A DNA stretch of 64,000 bases, from contig DATBSH010000320.1 of the NCBI GenBank assembly GCA_036559885.1, positions 1,565 to 65,564 on the forward strand. Reading direction: 5' to 3'. A program made the position numbers and the translations under genes. The notes under the pieces were generated by a model, which was not told the origin of the DNA, did not search any database, and was given only the letters and a program-made list of their open reading frames with translations. This document shows positions 61,271 through 64,000 of this stretch, piece after piece. The DNA comes from Pyrinomonadaceae bacterium (lineage in GTDB: Bacteria; Acidobacteriota; Blastocatellia; Pyrinomonadales; Pyrinomonadaceae). The first letter of the stretch is position 1, and each line of letters opens with the position of its first letter.

Positions 61271-63016
61271 TTATTGTAGTTGTTCGGACGACAGGGCAAG
61301 CGATTGAGAAATTCGCCCTACTGGATACAGATTCATCTGTTGATCCCAGTAGGGCGATTTCCTGTAAAAGAATTCCAATCTTGCAGCTGGACTAGCAGCG
61401 AGGTCTGCGTCAGTGGCGAGAGCTGCTTCGAACTCTTCCTCTAGCTCGGGGTCCTTAGCCAGCATTTCTCGCGCAAGGACTTCAATGATGTAGGGCTCCG
61501 CGTATTCCTTCTTTTCGAATACCGCATTGAAGAATCCCCATCGAACGAGCGAGTCGGGAGCTTGCGGCTCCAAAAGACTAATCGCGAGTTTTGCTAATGG
61601 CTGAGCAACAGGAATTATCAGTGAGCCAGGCGCAAACTTTCTCGAGGTACGCACAGTGGAAACTCTAAAACTTGGCATGTGTCGTCCCTCAAAAGGACCA
61701 GCGGGCCAGCGAACATCTTCAAACCTATACGTTTCAACTTCCAACTCCGCCGACCTGTTCAAGAGCTTGAACCTCAAGCCATGCGTTTTGATTACCTCAA
61801 TCACGGCTTCCCATTCGCGCGGCACAATGTATTGAAGAGGAGGAGTAACGGAGGTCTTAATCTTCAAGGTTTGATACATCGGTATCGTTAGATCCAAAGG
61901 TTCCTTGCCGAAGATAACTCGTAAATCACCGGATATATCACTCTCCTCAACTTCATTCTTCGTCGCTTTCAAGTGAAACGGCGTAGGTTCTTCAGTGATC
62001 TGGAATTCAATCGGATATCCCTGCTGCTCCTTCCCGAGCGCGATCGCCCTCTGGTCAGCTTCAATACCGACCTCAATCAGCCGTTTTGGATCGCGATTAA
62101 CCTCTTCCAAAGCAAACCGTAGAAAGTCGTAGGTGCCGATGACACGGGATCGATAGTCCTTGAGCATGTGCGTTTCGATCAGAATCGCGGGACGATTCCG
62201 CAGCGGAACATAGCCGGTTGAGAATCGTGGCGAACCGTTGAAGTCTCGTGTGCCTAAGGTTAGATCTCGGTTATCGATGAACTCGAGGTACCAGGAGATA
62301 ATGTTGCCTGCTTGCTCAGTGGCGGGCACCACCCGCTGACCGAATACATCTCTTTCCCATTGCAGTACTCCCGCATCAACGCCGGCATGATGTTCATGAT
62401 GGTATGTAATGTTGCAACGATAGTCGGCGCCGTCTGTAACGTGACAATCGATGAACAAATCGGGCTGCCATTCATTCCATAGCTGCAACCAGGCGCGTGT
62501 TTCAGGCGTGTCTGCCTTCATGTAATCGCGATTGAGATTCTGATACGTCGCCGTACTGCGCCAACCCATCTCTTCTGGACCATTCTGATTGATTCGATTG
62601 AAAGCGCTCGACCGTTCGTGGCCGTCAGCGTTGTAAATCGGAATAAACAGGAGTACGACATTCGACAATAAGCCCGCGAGTGACTTCGTAATGAACACAT
62701 CTCGAATTAGGGCGAATCCCGCATCTTTACCGTCAGGCTCACCAGCGTGGATGCATGCTTGAATCAAGACGACAGCTTTGTTTGATTGATGGGCAGCGGC
62801 AGGAGACATAGCACCAGCTTCACAGGCGATGAGCAGTGGCAGATCGTGACCCTGACCGCTGTGCCCAAACGTTCGGTACTCGATCAAAGCCGACGCGTCA
62901 GCTAACTTCTTCGCGTATGCGATCGTGTCGGCGTAGTTAGGGGTTTGTTGGTAATTGGTTTTCTCGGCGTGCGTTAGCCATTCAGAGGGGGCGAACATGA
63001 TTGGTTGTTGAGACAC
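61271..63016 (-). CDS. M14-family zinc carboxypeptidase-like protein
   Basis: Zinc-binding HxxE in CIHAGEPDGKD. NADGHE and later His residues are consistent with the M14 fold. 581 aa. Confidence 0.75.
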   Translation of the reverse strand: MSQQPIMFAPSEWLTHAEKTNYQQTPNYADTIAYAKKLADASALIEYRTFGHSGQGHDLPLLIACEAGAMSPAAAHQSNKAVVLIQACIHAGEPDGKDAGFALIRDVFITKSLAGLLSNVVLLFIPIYNADGHERSSAFNRINQNGPEEMGWRSTATYQNLNRDYMKADTPETRAWLQLWNEWQPDLFIDCHVTDGADYRCNITYHHEHHAGVDAGVLQWERDVFGQRVVPATEQAGNIISWYLEFIDNRDLTLGTRDFNGSPRFSTGYVPLRNRPAILIETHMLKDYRSRVIGTYDFLRFALEEVNRDPKRLIEVGIEADQRAIALGKEQQGYPIEFQITEEPTPFHLKATKNEVEESDISGDLRVIFGKEPLDLTIPMYQTLKIKTSVTPPLQYIVPREWEAVIEVIKTHGLRFKLLNRSAELEVETYRFEDVRWPAGPFEGRHMPSFRVSTVRTSRKFAPGSLIIPVAQPLAKLAISLLEPQAPDSLVRWGFFNAVFEKKEYAEPYIIEVLAREMLAKDPELEEEFEAALATDADLAASPAARLEFFYRKSPYWDQQMNLYPVGRISQSLALSSEQLQ

Positions 63017-63202
63017 AGAATAGGACCTGTACGACCTATAGTTTCAATTTCCCCTTGCAGCTGCGGCACTCCTCACGCCTTCGCGCGTTAAGAGTGCCGC
63101 AAGCCGCACACCGGATGTACATCGTGTTTGCAAACCAGTGAGTAATGAATGCGCTGGCTCCTAGAATTACAACAAGCACGGCGACATTCAGGAGAAACTC
63201 CT

Positions 63203-63979
63203 TCAAGCCTTGTAAATCTCCACGACTGTAACTTGATAACGTCGCCCGCGTTCATATCCTTGCCGGAACGCGCTGTCAAGTTCAGCTTCGCTGTGCGAGT
63301 TCCTCAGTTCCTGTTGCACTTCTTCGAAAGGTTTACCTCTGCGCTTCGGGTGGAGCGCCGCCTGAAATCCACGCCGGTAGTTCTCTTCGTCACGTTCGAA
63401 GTCGCCGCCTTGTGTCTGGTACGCCGTTCGTTCGTCGTTTCGACGTTCCTTCCACCAGTTCTCGCGCAGTTCATCGACATCTAACGAGCCATGTCGACGC
63501 ATTATGTCTCTGACGCGGTCTTCATCGCTATCAACAAAAGAGACTACAACTGAGCGACCCTTTCGCAGCGCGTCCTCATAAACGAATAGATCCTCATGCG
63601 GCAACCCCTCGCCTAACGCTTGTTCAGCCGCCTCACCTACTATCGCTCCTGTTGCAACGCCAGCAGCGCCAAGCACAGCTCCCGCTAACACACCTGCTGC
63701 GATAACCGGTCCAACACCTGGCACCGCCAGGCTCGCGGCAGCTGCACCTAAGGTTGCTCCGCTAGCCACGCCCATCGCACCACCGACAACTGCTCCCATC
63801 GCTTTTCCTAGACCAGGACGTTCGCTATCAGTGACGTGTGCTCTTGCCTCAAGCTCCTCTTCTTTCATTTCCGGGGTCAGCAAGCCAATGTGCTCCGCTT
63901 TGATATTGGCTGCCCGCAATTCATTAACAACCTGCTCCGCCTCCGCTCTTGATTCGAATACACCGGTGATTATCGCCAT
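63203..63979 (-). CDS. General-stress-protein-like protein (YflT/GsiB-type N-terminal domain, Gly-zipper membrane segment, charged C-terminus)
   Basis: N-terminus MAIITGVFESRAEAEQVVNELRAANI...IGLL. Central GxxxG-rich segment GAVVGGAMGVASGATLGAAAA... Confidence 0.65.
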   Translation of the reverse strand: MAIITGVFESRAEAEQVVNELRAANIKAEHIGLLTPEMKEEELEARAHVTDSERPGLGKAMGAVVGGAMGVASGATLGAAAASLAVPGVGPVIAAGVLAGAVLGAAGVATGAIVGEAAEQALGEGLPHEDLFVYEDALRKGRSVVVSFVDSDEDRVRDIMRRHGSLDVDELRENWWKERRNDERTAYQTQGGDFERDEENYRRGFQAALHPKRRGKPFEEVQQELRNSHSEAELDSAFRQGYERGRRYQVTVVEIYKA

Positions 63980-64000
63980 GATCGATATCCCTCCGTTTTG

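Noticed and set aside
1-64000. Window-wide scan of spacers longer than 150 nt for tRNA, rRNA, tmRNA or RNase P
   Set aside because: I noticed no cloverleaf-like or rRNA-like sequence. This is only a by-eye negative. A tRNAscan or Infernal run would be decisive.

Overview
Gene-dense bacterial chromosomal segment with about 58 supportable protein genes. I found no rRNA, tRNA or CRISPR array. The gene content suggests an Acidobacteriota-like Gram-negative bacterium, but that is inference only: it includes a PEP-CTERM tail, a GxxExxY gene, a sigma54 two-component system, many c-di-GMP proteins and lmo0937-type microproteins.

Main blocks, left to right:
- 1-7 kb: small minus-strand genes, namely a P-loop kinase-like protein, a methyltransferase, membrane proteins, HIT and VOC.
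- 7.2-15.6 kb: a cell-wall and Ser/Thr-signalling cluster in the order FHA, class B PBP, SEDS, PP2C, Hanks kinase, FHA.
- 15.7-21.3 kb: a tight minus-strand operon in the order PocR-GAF-GGDEF, a 755-aa protein with an RsbW-like kinase domain, STAS, GAF-HD-GYP. I consider this the best candidate for an undescribed system.
- 21.7-28.2 kb: an Opp/Dpp-type ABC importer, followed by an orphan PEP-CTERM tail in frame after the oppF-like stop codon.
- 31-35.7 kb: a sigma54 activator and a polytopic histidine kinase.
- 35.7-36.3 kb: a GxxExxY gene inside an inverted-repeat-bounded cassette.
- 36.3-44.8 kb: OmpA-like protein, OmpR-type regulator, MsbA-like ABC exporter, yicC-gmk-rpoZ and ETF-QO.
- 45.0-45.8 kb: a RAYT-type Y1 transposase with inverted flanks.
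- 45.9-63.9 kb: an unknown operon ending in a YyaL-like gene, a membrane HD-GYP-GAF-GGDEF protein, PDH E1alpha/E1beta/E2, an EamA transporter, FtsH, an M14 peptidase and a stress-protein-like gene.

The intergenic DNA is unusual in three ways. It holds several long (31-43 bp stem), mutually unrelated hairpins. It holds several families of 7-9-nt periodic degenerate tandem arrays, often arranged as inverted arrays. It also holds a dispersed ~38-bp repeat that bounds the GxxExxY cassette.

All functional calls come from motifs read in the supplied translations. No database search was possible.
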